Shown piece by piece: positions 8,154 through 15,954 of a stretch of DNA of 32,000 bases (its first letter is position 1; every line of letters begins with the position of its first letter). The notes below the pieces were generated by a model. It saw only the letters and a list, made by a program, of their open reading frames with translations. It did not search any database and was not told where the DNA came from. Origin of the DNA: Candidatus Methanophagaceae archaeon (GTDB lineage: Archaea; Halobacteriota; Syntropharchaeia; Alkanophagales; Methanospirareceae). Where the stretch lies: positions 1,082,728 through 1,114,727 of the forward strand of contig PQXB01000001.1 in assembly GCA_003194425.1 (NCBI GenBank), in the 5' to 3' direction. Both the position numbers and the translations under genes were made by a program.

Positions 8154-8878
8154 TCCAACTCAGCCTCTTTTATGTCTAAAAACCAATTTTCTCCAACCTC
8201 CCGCCTCTCCGCGTCTCCCACTCCCAGTTTCACCCGCCGCTTAAAAATCGGCCCGTCCACTACAAAGGTGTGGTACTCGCCAGACTCGCCGCACAAGTGG
8301 AAATCAAACTGCCTCAACTCCTCGATAAAACTTTCGTCCACTCTCCTCCCGAGCCACTCCTCTCTAACCCTCGTTGCGACCACGACCGCCTCAAATCCCG
8401 CCTCTACGAACTCTCGCAACGCCGCTTCGGGCTTGAGCCCCCAGAGCGGCAGAATTGGTTCTATTTCAAGCTCGCTGCAGACCCGTTCCACCCACTCTCT
8501 GTGCTCCGCCAGGTCAATGTCCCCGAAGACGCCTGCTTCCACTCCCACGCCGCCTGCTTCCACTCCCACGCCCTCCTTTCCCTCTTTTCCCTCTTTTCCT
8601 CTTCCGTCCTTCTTCAATTCCGCTACTGCCTGCTTGAATTTACTCTCGTAGCCCTCCCACGAGGCGTTCACCTGAAAAATCGGAATTCCCACCGCCTCTG
8701 ACTGCAGTCGGAGTAAAGAACTGCGAAGCCCGTGAGCCCGTTCTCTCTTCCCGTCCTCTGCCAAGAAATTCAAGAGACGAGTGACCTCAAAACCAGATTT
8801 CAACGCTTTGTAGCACGCCAAACAGCTTTCCTTTCCTCCGCTCCAAGAAACAAAAACTCTCTTCTTCTTCTCTTTCAT
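8150..8878 (-). CDS. PP-loop ATPase of the MJ0570/Dph6 (diphthine-ammonia ligase-like) family
   Basis: VFVSWSGGKESCLACYKA is the SGGKDS-type PP-loop. Length and remainder are consistent with ATP_bind_4. ATGA overlap with the binding-protein start. Contains a GKEGKEGKE + GVGVEAG x2 insert. Confidence 0.7.
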   Translation of the reverse strand: MKEKKKRVFVSWSGGKESCLACYKALKSGFEVTRLLNFLAEDGKRERAHGLRSSLLRLQSEAVGIPIFQVNASWEGYESKFKQAVAELKKDGRGKEGKEGKEGVGVEAGGVGVEAGVFGDIDLAEHREWVERVCSELEIEPILPLWGLKPEAALREFVEAGFEAVVVATRVREEWLGRRVDESFIEELRQFDFHLCGESGEYHTFVVDGPIFKRRVKLGVGDAERREVGENWFLDIKEAELE

Positions 8879-9083
8879 CTCGCTTTTTTAAAAGAGTTAA
8901 AAAAATGAGTATAAAAAGGAGTTTTTTTTGGCAACAGTTGTAACCTAAACAGCTGACAAAGTGAAGGGTGTGCATATTGTCTCTCGCTGTTACACAGTCT
9001 ATTTTACGCGGAAAAGTGTATCTTTTTCGTAAAAGAAAGGAGTAAAAAGAGAGTGAAAAAAGGGGGGGGAAGAAGAAGAGTTT

Positions 9084-9974
9084 TTATTTATAATCATAAA
9101 AACCTTTCCCTACTTTCCGCCCTGTCCAACCTGCCCGCACCATTTGCGTCATCAGAACCGCGGGCTTGAACCGCTCCCAACCTGTCTCGTTGTAAATCGT
9201 GTTCAGCACCGCGACCACAATCTCAATCCCAATCAAGTCGAGGAGTTGAAAAGGACCGAGAGGCCAGTTAAAAGAGAGCCGCAAGATTTTGTCAATGTCC
9301 TCAACGGAAGCGAGTTCGTTCTCCCGCATCTTCACCGCCTCGTTCAAAATCAGACACATCATTCGGCTCGTAACGAAGCCCGGCGAGTCCTTGACCGTAA
9401 CCGTCTGCTTCCCTAGCGAGTGCACAAAATCCAGCGTCCTCCGCACCGTCTCCTCCGAAGTCATCAGCGATTTTATTATCTCTACACCAGGCATTAACGG
9501 CACGGGATTCATAAAATGAACGCCGATTACTTTCTCCGCTCTCTCGCCCTTCGTCGCCGCGGCTAAAGCGGTAATTGGAAATGTCGAGGTGTTGCTGCCG
9601 AGAACAGCGTGCTCCGGGCAGATCCGGTCCAACTCCCGGAATATCTCCTGCTTCAGCCCCAACTCCTCGTAAACCGCCTCAATCACAAAATCCGCACCCC
9701 TCGCACCCTCTTCCAGACTCGTCGTCGCATTTGCACTTACCGCGTCCACAATTCTGCCCGCTTCCTCCTGCTTCAGCAGACCCTTCTCGGCAAGCCGCGA
9801 AAGGCTGGATTTCAGCTTCCCCTGCTCCCTCTTCAGCGACTCTTCGCTCCTGCCGACGACCGAGACCTCGTAGCCAGCCTGAGTGCAGACCTGCACGATC
9901 CCGCTTCCCATCACGCCCATTCCCACTACACAAACCCTCTTCTCATTCCTTGATTTCATTTTATCCCTCCTCAA
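9084..9974 (-). CDS. hbd: 3-hydroxyacyl/3-hydroxybutyryl-CoA dehydrogenase
   Basis: Rossmann motif VCVVGMGVMGSGIVQV. GVHFMNPVPLMPGVEI and the C-terminal GRKVGKGFYDY are characteristic of the family. Confidence 0.85.
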   Translation of the reverse strand: MRRDKMKSRNEKRVCVVGMGVMGSGIVQVCTQAGYEVSVVGRSEESLKREQGKLKSSLSRLAEKGLLKQEEAGRIVDAVSANATTSLEEGARGADFVIEAVYEELGLKQEIFRELDRICPEHAVLGSNTSTFPITALAAATKGERAEKVIGVHFMNPVPLMPGVEIIKSLMTSEETVRRTLDFVHSLGKQTVTVKDSPGFVTSRMMCLILNEAVKMRENELASVEDIDKILRLSFNWPLGPFQLLDLIGIEIVVAVLNTIYNETGWERFKPAVLMTQMVRAGWTGRKVGKGFYDYK

Positions 9975-10001
9975 TCCCTCTCCTAATCAATTTATAACCC
10001 C

Positions 10002-10088
10002 TCTCTGGTTTGTCTAATAATCTCTGGTTTAGTCTAATAATTAACTAATCAGCATAGTTTGTCTAATAATTAACTAATCAGCATAGTT
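10002..10088. repeat. Nested tandem duplications in the hbd/ribH divergent spacer (19/20-nt unit x2, then 28-nt unit at 29-nt spacing x2, sharing the core gtctaataa)
   Basis: tctctggttt(g/ag)tctaataa at 10002-10020 and 10021-10040. gtctaataattaactaatcagcatagtt at 10032-10059 and 10061-10088. Confidence 0.85.
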
Positions 10089-10102
10089 AACACATTTTTA
10101 AA

Positions 10103-10552
10103 GTGGTTAAAATGCAAGAAGAGATAAAACTGGGCTTTGTCGTCTCGGAGTTTCACCGCGACATTACTTACCAAATGGAGATTCTGGGGCGGGAGCACGC
10201 GGAGTTTCTCGGTGCGAAGGTCGTTCGGACTTTGTACGTGCCGGGAACTTTTGACATTCCGCTGGCGGTGAAGAAGATGCTGAGCGAGGGCGACGAAGAC
10301 GGAAGCGAAGAGCGAGAAGTGGACGCGGTGGTTACGTTGGGCTGCATAATTAAAGGAGCGACCGGGCACGACGAAATGATAGCCGCGCAGATGACGAGGA
10401 AAATAATGGATCTTTCGCTGGAGTACGGGAAGCCGGTGACTTTGGGCGTCTCGGGACCGGGAATGACGAGGTTGGAGGCGCAGGAGCGGGTGGAGTACGC
10501 GAAGAGAGGGGTAGAAGCGGCGGTTAAAATGGTGAAGCGGTTGAGGGAATAG
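10103..10552 (+). CDS. ribH: 6,7-dimethyl-8-ribityllumazine synthase (archaeal type)
   Basis: LGFVVSEFHRDITYQM...HAEFLGA...VPGTFDIPLAVKKML...KPVTLGVSGPGMTRLEAQERVEYAKRGVEAAVKMVKRL closely resembles archaeal RibH as I recall it. The true start may be the ATG at 10112. Confidence 0.85.
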   Translation: MVKMQEEIKLGFVVSEFHRDITYQMEILGREHAEFLGAKVVRTLYVPGTFDIPLAVKKMLSEGDEDGSEEREVDAVVTLGCIIKGATGHDEMIAAQMTRKIMDLSLEYGKPVTLGVSGPGMTRLEAQERVEYAKRGVEAAVKMVKRLRE

Positions 10553-10564
10553 AAATTGGGTTTT

Positions 10565-12445
10565 TTATCCCCCTCGCTTGAAATGTTCAGTTACCGCCGC
10601 CTTGAGCAGCCGAAGAACACTTAAGCTTAAGCTCCTCCTCGCCGCGGGCCACTCCAGCCCCTCCTTCTCGTTGATGACCGAGTTCAGCAGCAGGTCGAGT
10701 TTGGGCTTCAGTCGCATCATTTTTTGGTGCTGTGTTTGTGCAGTGCCGTCAGTGCCGTCAGTGCCGTCAGTGCCGTCGTTTAGTTTTTTTATTTCGTCGA
10801 TTTCAGAGGTGAGCTCGACTGCGAGCCGTATTTTCTCCGCAGTCACCTCGGACGAAGCCCGGTCAACCAGCCCGCACTCCGCCTTCAACTCGTTCAGCCT
10901 TAACCCTGCCTTGTAAGTACAGTCCACGATTTCGCCCCGCGTCAGCCACTCGGTCTCGTAGTTCAGGGCGTACTTCCAACTCGGCGAGAGCATCGCCGCT
11001 CGGTACTGCTCGAGCGACTTAAAGAGGATTTTGTAGCCGAACTTCTCGGGGTTCTCGTAGGCGACGCAGCCGGGGTCAAGGAACGGCGAGTAAGCGAGAA
11101 TAAACGGAACCACCCGCTTCCCACTCCCGTACTTCTTCATTAAACGACCGCACCACTCAATGGTCTGCATAACAGATTCGCAGGTCTGAAAAGGCAAGCC
11201 AATCATAAAAAAAAGGTCGAACTTCTTGCAGCCCGCCTGCAGCGCCCATTTTAGGTTCTCCTCAATCTCGCGGTTCTTGTACCGCTTCCCGACCGCTGCT
11301 CGTATTTTCTCGTCGTGGCTGTCAGGGGAGATTTCAAAGTTGAAGTTCTTGACCGACCCTGCCACGAGTTCAAAATACTCTCTCGGGTTCGGAACAGTGT
11401 CAAAGAGTTCAAAGACGAGTTGGTTCTCGAAATTCGCTCTCTTCTTTTTCAACCGCGCCAAGACGGTACGGGCGTATTTTTCGCCGGCTTGGCGGAGGTC
11501 GCCGATTACGAAAATTGGGGCTCTCGTGTAGTTCGTGGTTCGGAGAATGTCCGCAGCGACTAACTCGGGGTCGCGAAACGCCGGCTTCCTGCGGTTGCAG
11601 TAGCCCGCGAGTGCGTTCCGAGACCCGCCGCAGAAGACGCAGTTGTGAACACAGCCGCGGCAGGTTAGCACGGGCGTGATCGGGTAGTCCAGCCACTCGT
11701 GCGACGACCAGCCGTGAAACGGGATTAAACTTTTGAGGTCTCGGTATTTCAGCGCCGACTTGAAGACTGGGAAGTAGTTGTTCACGGACTTGTTCAGGCG
11801 GGCAGGGACGTGCGTGAGTGGATTTACACGCACCTTAACCTCGCCACTGCTCACCTTAACCTCGCCACTGCTCACCTTAACCTCGCCACTGCTTTCGTCT
11901 TCCTCCTCCTTCCAAACGAGGTTCGGGATTTTAGCGAACTCGAAATCGTGCGGACGCCGACGCCGAACCTGTAAAAGCGTCTTCATAAGTTGCAGCAGTG
12001 GCTCTTCGGTAGAGTCGCCCCGCAGAATAAAATCCACCTCCGGACAGCGAATCAACTCCTCGTAGAAGTAGGACGCGGAGAAACCCCCGAAAATCACGGG
12101 CGTGCTCCCGTGGTACCTCTTGCAAATTTTCGCTACCTCGAGGCTACCCTGTGCGTGCGGCAGCCAGTGAAAGTCAATCCCAAACGCCCCTCTCGGCTTG
12201 AGTCGCCGCACCATTTTCTCAGCGTCAAACTCCTCGCTGCCGAGCATTCTCGCCGCTAAATTCACTATTCGCACCCTCACTCCGTTCCGCTCCAAATGCT
12301 CGAGCAAAGAGAAAAATCCGAGTGGGTACATCTCGAAGACGGGCGTTGAGGGGACGCCGTCTGCAATCGGGCCGTACAAAATCGCTCGCTTCCTGAAGTC
12401 GTAGACCGCGGGTGCGTGCAGCAGAATTAAATCCGGGTTGCTCAT
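10565..12445 (-). CDS. B12-binding-domain / radical SAM enzyme, substrate unknown
   Basis: N-terminal cobalamin-binding-like domain (LILLHAP...VRIVNL). Radical SAM cluster motif C-VHN-C-VF-C (CRGCVHNCVFCGG). Two perfect in-frame tandem inserts: SSGEVKV x3 and GTD x4. Confidence 0.75.
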   Translation of the reverse strand: MSNPDLILLHAPAVYDFRKRAILYGPIADGVPSTPVFEMYPLGFFSLLEHLERNGVRVRIVNLAARMLGSEEFDAEKMVRRLKPRGAFGIDFHWLPHAQGSLEVAKICKRYHGSTPVIFGGFSASYFYEELIRCPEVDFILRGDSTEEPLLQLMKTLLQVRRRRPHDFEFAKIPNLVWKEEEDESSGEVKVSSGEVKVSSGEVKVRVNPLTHVPARLNKSVNNYFPVFKSALKYRDLKSLIPFHGWSSHEWLDYPITPVLTCRGCVHNCVFCGGSRNALAGYCNRRKPAFRDPELVAADILRTTNYTRAPIFVIGDLRQAGEKYARTVLARLKKKRANFENQLVFELFDTVPNPREYFELVAGSVKNFNFEISPDSHDEKIRAAVGKRYKNREIEENLKWALQAGCKKFDLFFMIGLPFQTCESVMQTIEWCGRLMKKYGSGKRVVPFILAYSPFLDPGCVAYENPEKFGYKILFKSLEQYRAAMLSPSWKYALNYETEWLTRGEIVDCTYKAGLRLNELKAECGLVDRASSEVTAEKIRLAVELTSEIDEIKKLNDGTDGTDGTDGTAQTQHQKMMRLKPKLDLLLNSVINEKEGLEWPAARRSLSLSVLRLLKAAVTEHFKRGG

Positions 12446-12464
12446 CTTTTCCTCCTCTCTGCTT

Positions 12465-12511
12465 TACTCACGAAGCTCACTCACGAAGCTTACTCACGAA
12501 GCTCACGAACC
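12465..12511. repeat. 13-nt tandem repeat (~x3.5) built from the last codons plus stop of mobB
   Basis: Minus strand reads cttcgtgagtaag/cttcgtgagtgag/cttcgtgagtaaa. It fills most of the spacer between the mobB stop and the radical-SAM start. Coordinates approximate. Confidence 0.75.
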
Positions 12512-12960
12512 CGACTTTTTATCCAGTTCAGAATCTCGTCGAGATTGCCGTCATATTTTATCACTCCCTCCCCTCCCTCGATCTCGAGTTCAAGCCCGAG
12601 GTTACCGACCGAAATCTTTGGAATCGCTTCTCGCTTGTGCCCCTCCACAAGAATTAAATCCGGGGACGCAGTCGCGTTCAAAATCGCTGCAATCTCTTTT
12701 AATTCCATCCCTCGCTTAAAAACGAACGCGGTCTCGTTTGGCGACGCAGCGACGACCACACTTGCTCCTGCTTCCCCGTGCCTCCAGGTGTCTTTTCCCT
12801 CGGTCTCGATCGAGAACTGCTTTGGAATGTTCTTTACTGTCGCAACGCAGTATTTTCCGTTCTTCTCCTTCTTCTCTTTTTTCAGTCGCCGGATCAATTT
12901 CTCGACCAACGCCGTCTTTCCGCTGTTGTGGTAGCCACAAATCCCGATTAGATTGTTCAT
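12490..12960 (-). CDS. mobB: Molybdopterin-guanine dinucleotide biosynthesis adapter protein MobB
   Basis: P-loop GICGYHNSGKT, then GKDTWRHGEAGA and LILVEGHK, typical of MobB. About 155 aa. Confidence 0.8.
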   Translation of the reverse strand: MNNLIGICGYHNSGKTALVEKLIRRLKKEKKEKNGKYCVATVKNIPKQFSIETEGKDTWRHGEAGASVVVAASPNETAFVFKRGMELKEIAAILNATASPDLILVEGHKREAIPKISVGNLGLELEIEGGEGVIKYDGNLDEILNWIKSRVRELRE

Positions 12961-13017
12961 TGAGTTTCTTTGTTTTGTTTTTATTCTGTTTTGTCTTTTT
13001 TAAAAATAGAAAAGAAG

Positions 13018-13045
13018 AAGAGTAAAATAAAAAGAGTAAAATAAA
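13018..13045. repeat. 14-nt perfect tandem duplication immediately upstream of the guaA ATG
   Basis: aagagtaaaataaa at 13018-13031 and 13032-13045. Confidence 0.8.
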
Positions 13046-13047
13046 AA

Positions 13048-14646
13048 ATGAAGACAAGTAACAAGGTCGCGGTGCTCGACTTCGGGGGGCAGTACAGCCA
13101 CCTCATCGTTCGGCGGTGCAGAGAATTGGGCGTTTACACCGAACTTCACCCGTACGGAGTTTCAACAACAGAGCTTGGTCTTGGCGAGGTCAAAGGAATA
13201 ATCCTTTCAGGCGGTCCGTTCAGCGTGCACGAACCGGGTAGTCCAAAATGCAGTCCTGAGATTTTTGAATTAGGCGTCCCAGTTCTCGGAATTTGTTACG
13301 GGGCGCAGCTGATTGCGTTTCTGAAAGGCGGCGTGGTAGAAGAAGGGCGGAAGGGCGAGTTTGGAAGGGCAGAACTGCTCTTTAAAGATTCCGAGCTGTT
13401 TGCTGGGGTGAGGGGGGTGAGGGGGAGAGAGGGCGGGAAAATAAATGTCTGGATGTCACACGGAGATGTGATAAAGGAGTTTGCGGTTGCGGAAATAATC
13501 GGCTACACGAAGAACTCGCCGGTTGCTGCGTTTCGTGTTTCTGTCTCTGTTTCTAATTCTAATTCCAACTCAAGAATTTACGGCGTTCAGTTCCACCCCG
13601 AGGTTCGCCACACCGAGAAGGGCGACAAGATTTTGTGGAATTTCTTGTATAAAATCTGCGGCTGCGAGCGGAATTGGACGCTGGAATCGTTCGCTACGGA
13701 GGCAGTAGAAGAAATAAGGCGTACGGTGGGCAGCGAAGGCAGGGTGGTCTGCGGGCTCAGCGGCGGAATTGACTCTTCTACAACCGCGGTGCTGGTCAGC
13801 AAAGCCGTGGGCGAGCGGCTCACTTGCATTTTCGTTGACAACGGGCTGCTGCGGAAAGGCGAGAAGGAAACGGTTCTAAACACTTTCGAGAAGAATTTTA
13901 AAATGCGACTCGTGTTCGTGGACGCGAGGGAGCGGTTTCTGGAGGGCTTGCGGGGAGTCGCGGACGCCGAGGCGAAGCGAAAAATAATTGGAGAACTGTT
14001 CGTGAAAATCTTTGAGGAAGAGGCGAAGCGGCTGAGAGGGGGGGGAAATGTAGATTTCCTGGCTCAAGGCACGATTTACCCGGACAGAATTGAGAGTGCT
14101 GCGGGGAGAAGAGGCGGTGTTGCGTCGCTCATAAAATCGCACCACAACGTGGGCGGGCTGCCCGAGAAACTGGGGCTGCGGCTGTTAGAGCCGATCAAGG
14201 ACTTGTACAAGGACGAGGTGCGGGAAGTGGCGAGGGAACTCGGAATGCCGCCGGAGATTCTGAACCAGCACCCGTTCCCAGGTCCTGGTCTCGCGGCTCG
14301 CGTGATTGGAGAGGTTACGGAGGAGAAACTGCGAATTTGTCGTGAAGCGTCGAATGTGGTGGAGGAGGAATTAAAAAGGAGCGGGTGGTACGAGAAGGTC
14401 TGGCAGGCGTTTGCTGTCGTAGGCGACGACCTCGCCACGGGTGTGCTTGGCGACGCGAGAAGCCTGGGCAGAATCGTTACAATTCGCGTGGTTGAGTCAG
14501 AGGAGGCGATGACAGCGGATTTCGTGAAACTGCCCTACGAGGTGCTCGAGAGGATGAGCAGGCGAATAACGAACGAGGTTAAGGGCGTTACTTGGGTGAC
14601 TTACGCGGTCTCGTCCAAGCCGCCTGCGACGATCGAGCCGTGTTGA
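13048..14646 (+). CDS. guaA: GMP synthase (glutamine-hydrolysing), fused GATase + ATP-pyrophosphatase
   Basis: GATase GICYGAQL and HPE triad region. PP-loop GLSGGIDSS. C-terminal KPPATIE. Two low-complexity inserts (GVRGVRG; VSVSVSNSNSNS). Confidence 0.95.
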   Translation: MKTSNKVAVLDFGGQYSHLIVRRCRELGVYTELHPYGVSTTELGLGEVKGIILSGGPFSVHEPGSPKCSPEIFELGVPVLGICYGAQLIAFLKGGVVEEGRKGEFGRAELLFKDSELFAGVRGVRGREGGKINVWMSHGDVIKEFAVAEIIGYTKNSPVAAFRVSVSVSNSNSNSRIYGVQFHPEVRHTEKGDKILWNFLYKICGCERNWTLESFATEAVEEIRRTVGSEGRVVCGLSGGIDSSTTAVLVSKAVGERLTCIFVDNGLLRKGEKETVLNTFEKNFKMRLVFVDARERFLEGLRGVADAEAKRKIIGELFVKIFEEEAKRLRGGGNVDFLAQGTIYPDRIESAAGRRGGVASLIKSHHNVGGLPEKLGLRLLEPIKDLYKDEVREVARELGMPPEILNQHPFPGPGLAARVIGEVTEEKLRICREASNVVEEELKRSGWYEKVWQAFAVVGDDLATGVLGDARSLGRIVTIRVVESEEAMTADFVKLPYEVLERMSRRITNEVKGVTWVTYAVSSKPPATIEPC

Positions 14647-14683
14647 AAGCCGTGTTGAAAGCCGTGTTGAAAGCCGTGTTGAA
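14638..14683. repeat. 12-nt tandem repeat (~x4) starting in the last codons of guaA and carrying its stop codon
   Basis: ccgtgttgaaag x3 plus ccgtgttgaat. In the guaA frame it reads P-C-stop-K repeatedly. Confidence 0.9.
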
Positions 14684-14690
14684 TAAAGGG

Positions 14691-15932
14691 TTAGTTGTGC
14701 CTCTTGTGCCGCGTCCCCACTCTCTCGGGGTTCCTCGCAAAGACCTCAAAGCCCGGAATAACGACCCTCACGACAGGAACGCCGATTTCCTGCCTCGTTA
14801 AATCTACTACTACCACTCGCCTCGCCACTCGTCTCAACCTTTCAAGCGCAACCTCAATGTCGCCGTCTATTCTGTCTGTCGCCAAGTTTGGAAGTTCGCT
14901 CAACCTCACACACTCTCCCTCTCTCCCTCCCCCGTCTTCAAACCAGTGCCGATTCCTTCGCTTCATTTCCTCGTAACTCATTCTTCCCTCTCCCTCTCTT
15001 CTCGTCGCTCTTCCTCTTCTCGACGCAGCAGCACTCGCGATTTGCAAAACACGGGACTGTGCAGCCTCGGTTACCGCTCTAATCGTCGCTATTCTGGGGT
15101 CGCTGTGCGTTCCCGCGCCGTAAACGAGCAAGGACGCGTCCTTCGTTTCAGCGTCGTCCAACGCCAACGCAACCGTCGTAAACCCCGTGTCCGAGGGAAT
15201 GTACCAGAAATGAGGAACAATTCCCGCAGCCTCAAACCTCTCTCGCAGCTCAAACAGCCTGCCGTCGCTCTCGCTGATTTCTATTTGTTTTCCCGCATTC
15301 TGCTTCAACTCCACGCAGCTCAGTGCGTCCCGCTCAATCACTTCGGTAATGCCGTGAAAAATTGCTTCTTCGAGGTTGTTCCCCGAGGCGATTCCGTTGC
15401 TGTCGCTCCTGAACAGCCTCGCTCCTCGGTTCGAGACGAAGGGGTGAAAGACCGCGTTCGCAGGAACAAGCACCTCCTCGTCCCTCAAAATGTCGTAGCC
15501 CTCGCACCACTCCAATTTCGAACTCGGACCGACGGTGGAGAGTGTGCTCAAAATAAGCGACGCAGGCTCCACTTTCTCTTTCGCCCCGTAGGAGTCGTAG
15601 GGTTCAAACAGGAATTTCGCCCTGTCCCCCTGTTTTATCTCCGCAGAATACCGCTCGATCGCTTCCATAAGGACCGAGACTCTCGCCTGCTCTCTCGTAA
15701 GTCCTTTCCCTGCGTGAACAGACCTCGCACCTTCTTCAGCCCCCGGTCGGCTCGCGGAAAAGACAGGAAGCCCGAGTTTGTCAAGCCCTGTAAGGTCGTC
15801 TATTTTCTTTATTCCTACCTTCTCCTCAAGCCGTTCTACCTCGCCCCAAGTCTCGGTTGGGGTAAAAGCCCTGTGCGTGTCGAGGAAATATCTTTTGGGC
15901 GTTCGCTTGAGTTCTATTTTCATTTTACACAC
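14691..15932 (-). CDS. ycaO: YcaO-domain protein (archaeal, ~410 aa; ATP-dependent amide-backbone activating enzyme)
   Basis: Typical archaeal YcaO N-terminus (R.. TP.ET...V..L....GI.....T.LD.LG.PV) and GKGLTREQARVSVLMEAIERYSA motif. No TfuA-like ORF in the window. Confidence 0.85.
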   Translation of the reverse strand: MCKMKIELKRTPKRYFLDTHRAFTPTETWGEVERLEEKVGIKKIDDLTGLDKLGLPVFSASRPGAEEGARSVHAGKGLTREQARVSVLMEAIERYSAEIKQGDRAKFLFEPYDSYGAKEKVEPASLILSTLSTVGPSSKLEWCEGYDILRDEEVLVPANAVFHPFVSNRGARLFRSDSNGIASGNNLEEAIFHGITEVIERDALSCVELKQNAGKQIEISESDGRLFELRERFEAAGIVPHFWYIPSDTGFTTVALALDDAETKDASLLVYGAGTHSDPRIATIRAVTEAAQSRVLQIASAAASRRGRATRREGEGRMSYEEMKRRNRHWFEDGGGREGECVRLSELPNLATDRIDGDIEVALERLRRVARRVVVVDLTRQEIGVPVVRVVIPGFEVFARNPERVGTRHKRHN

Positions 15933-15954
15933 CCTCCTCTTTTATGCAAGCCTC

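Noticed and set aside
8879-9083. 205-nt spacer with weak inverted repeats (tgtaac...gttaca), considered as a small RNA gene
   Set aside because: Stems are short and imperfect, and no promoter/terminator pair is convincing. Insufficient evidence from sequence alone.
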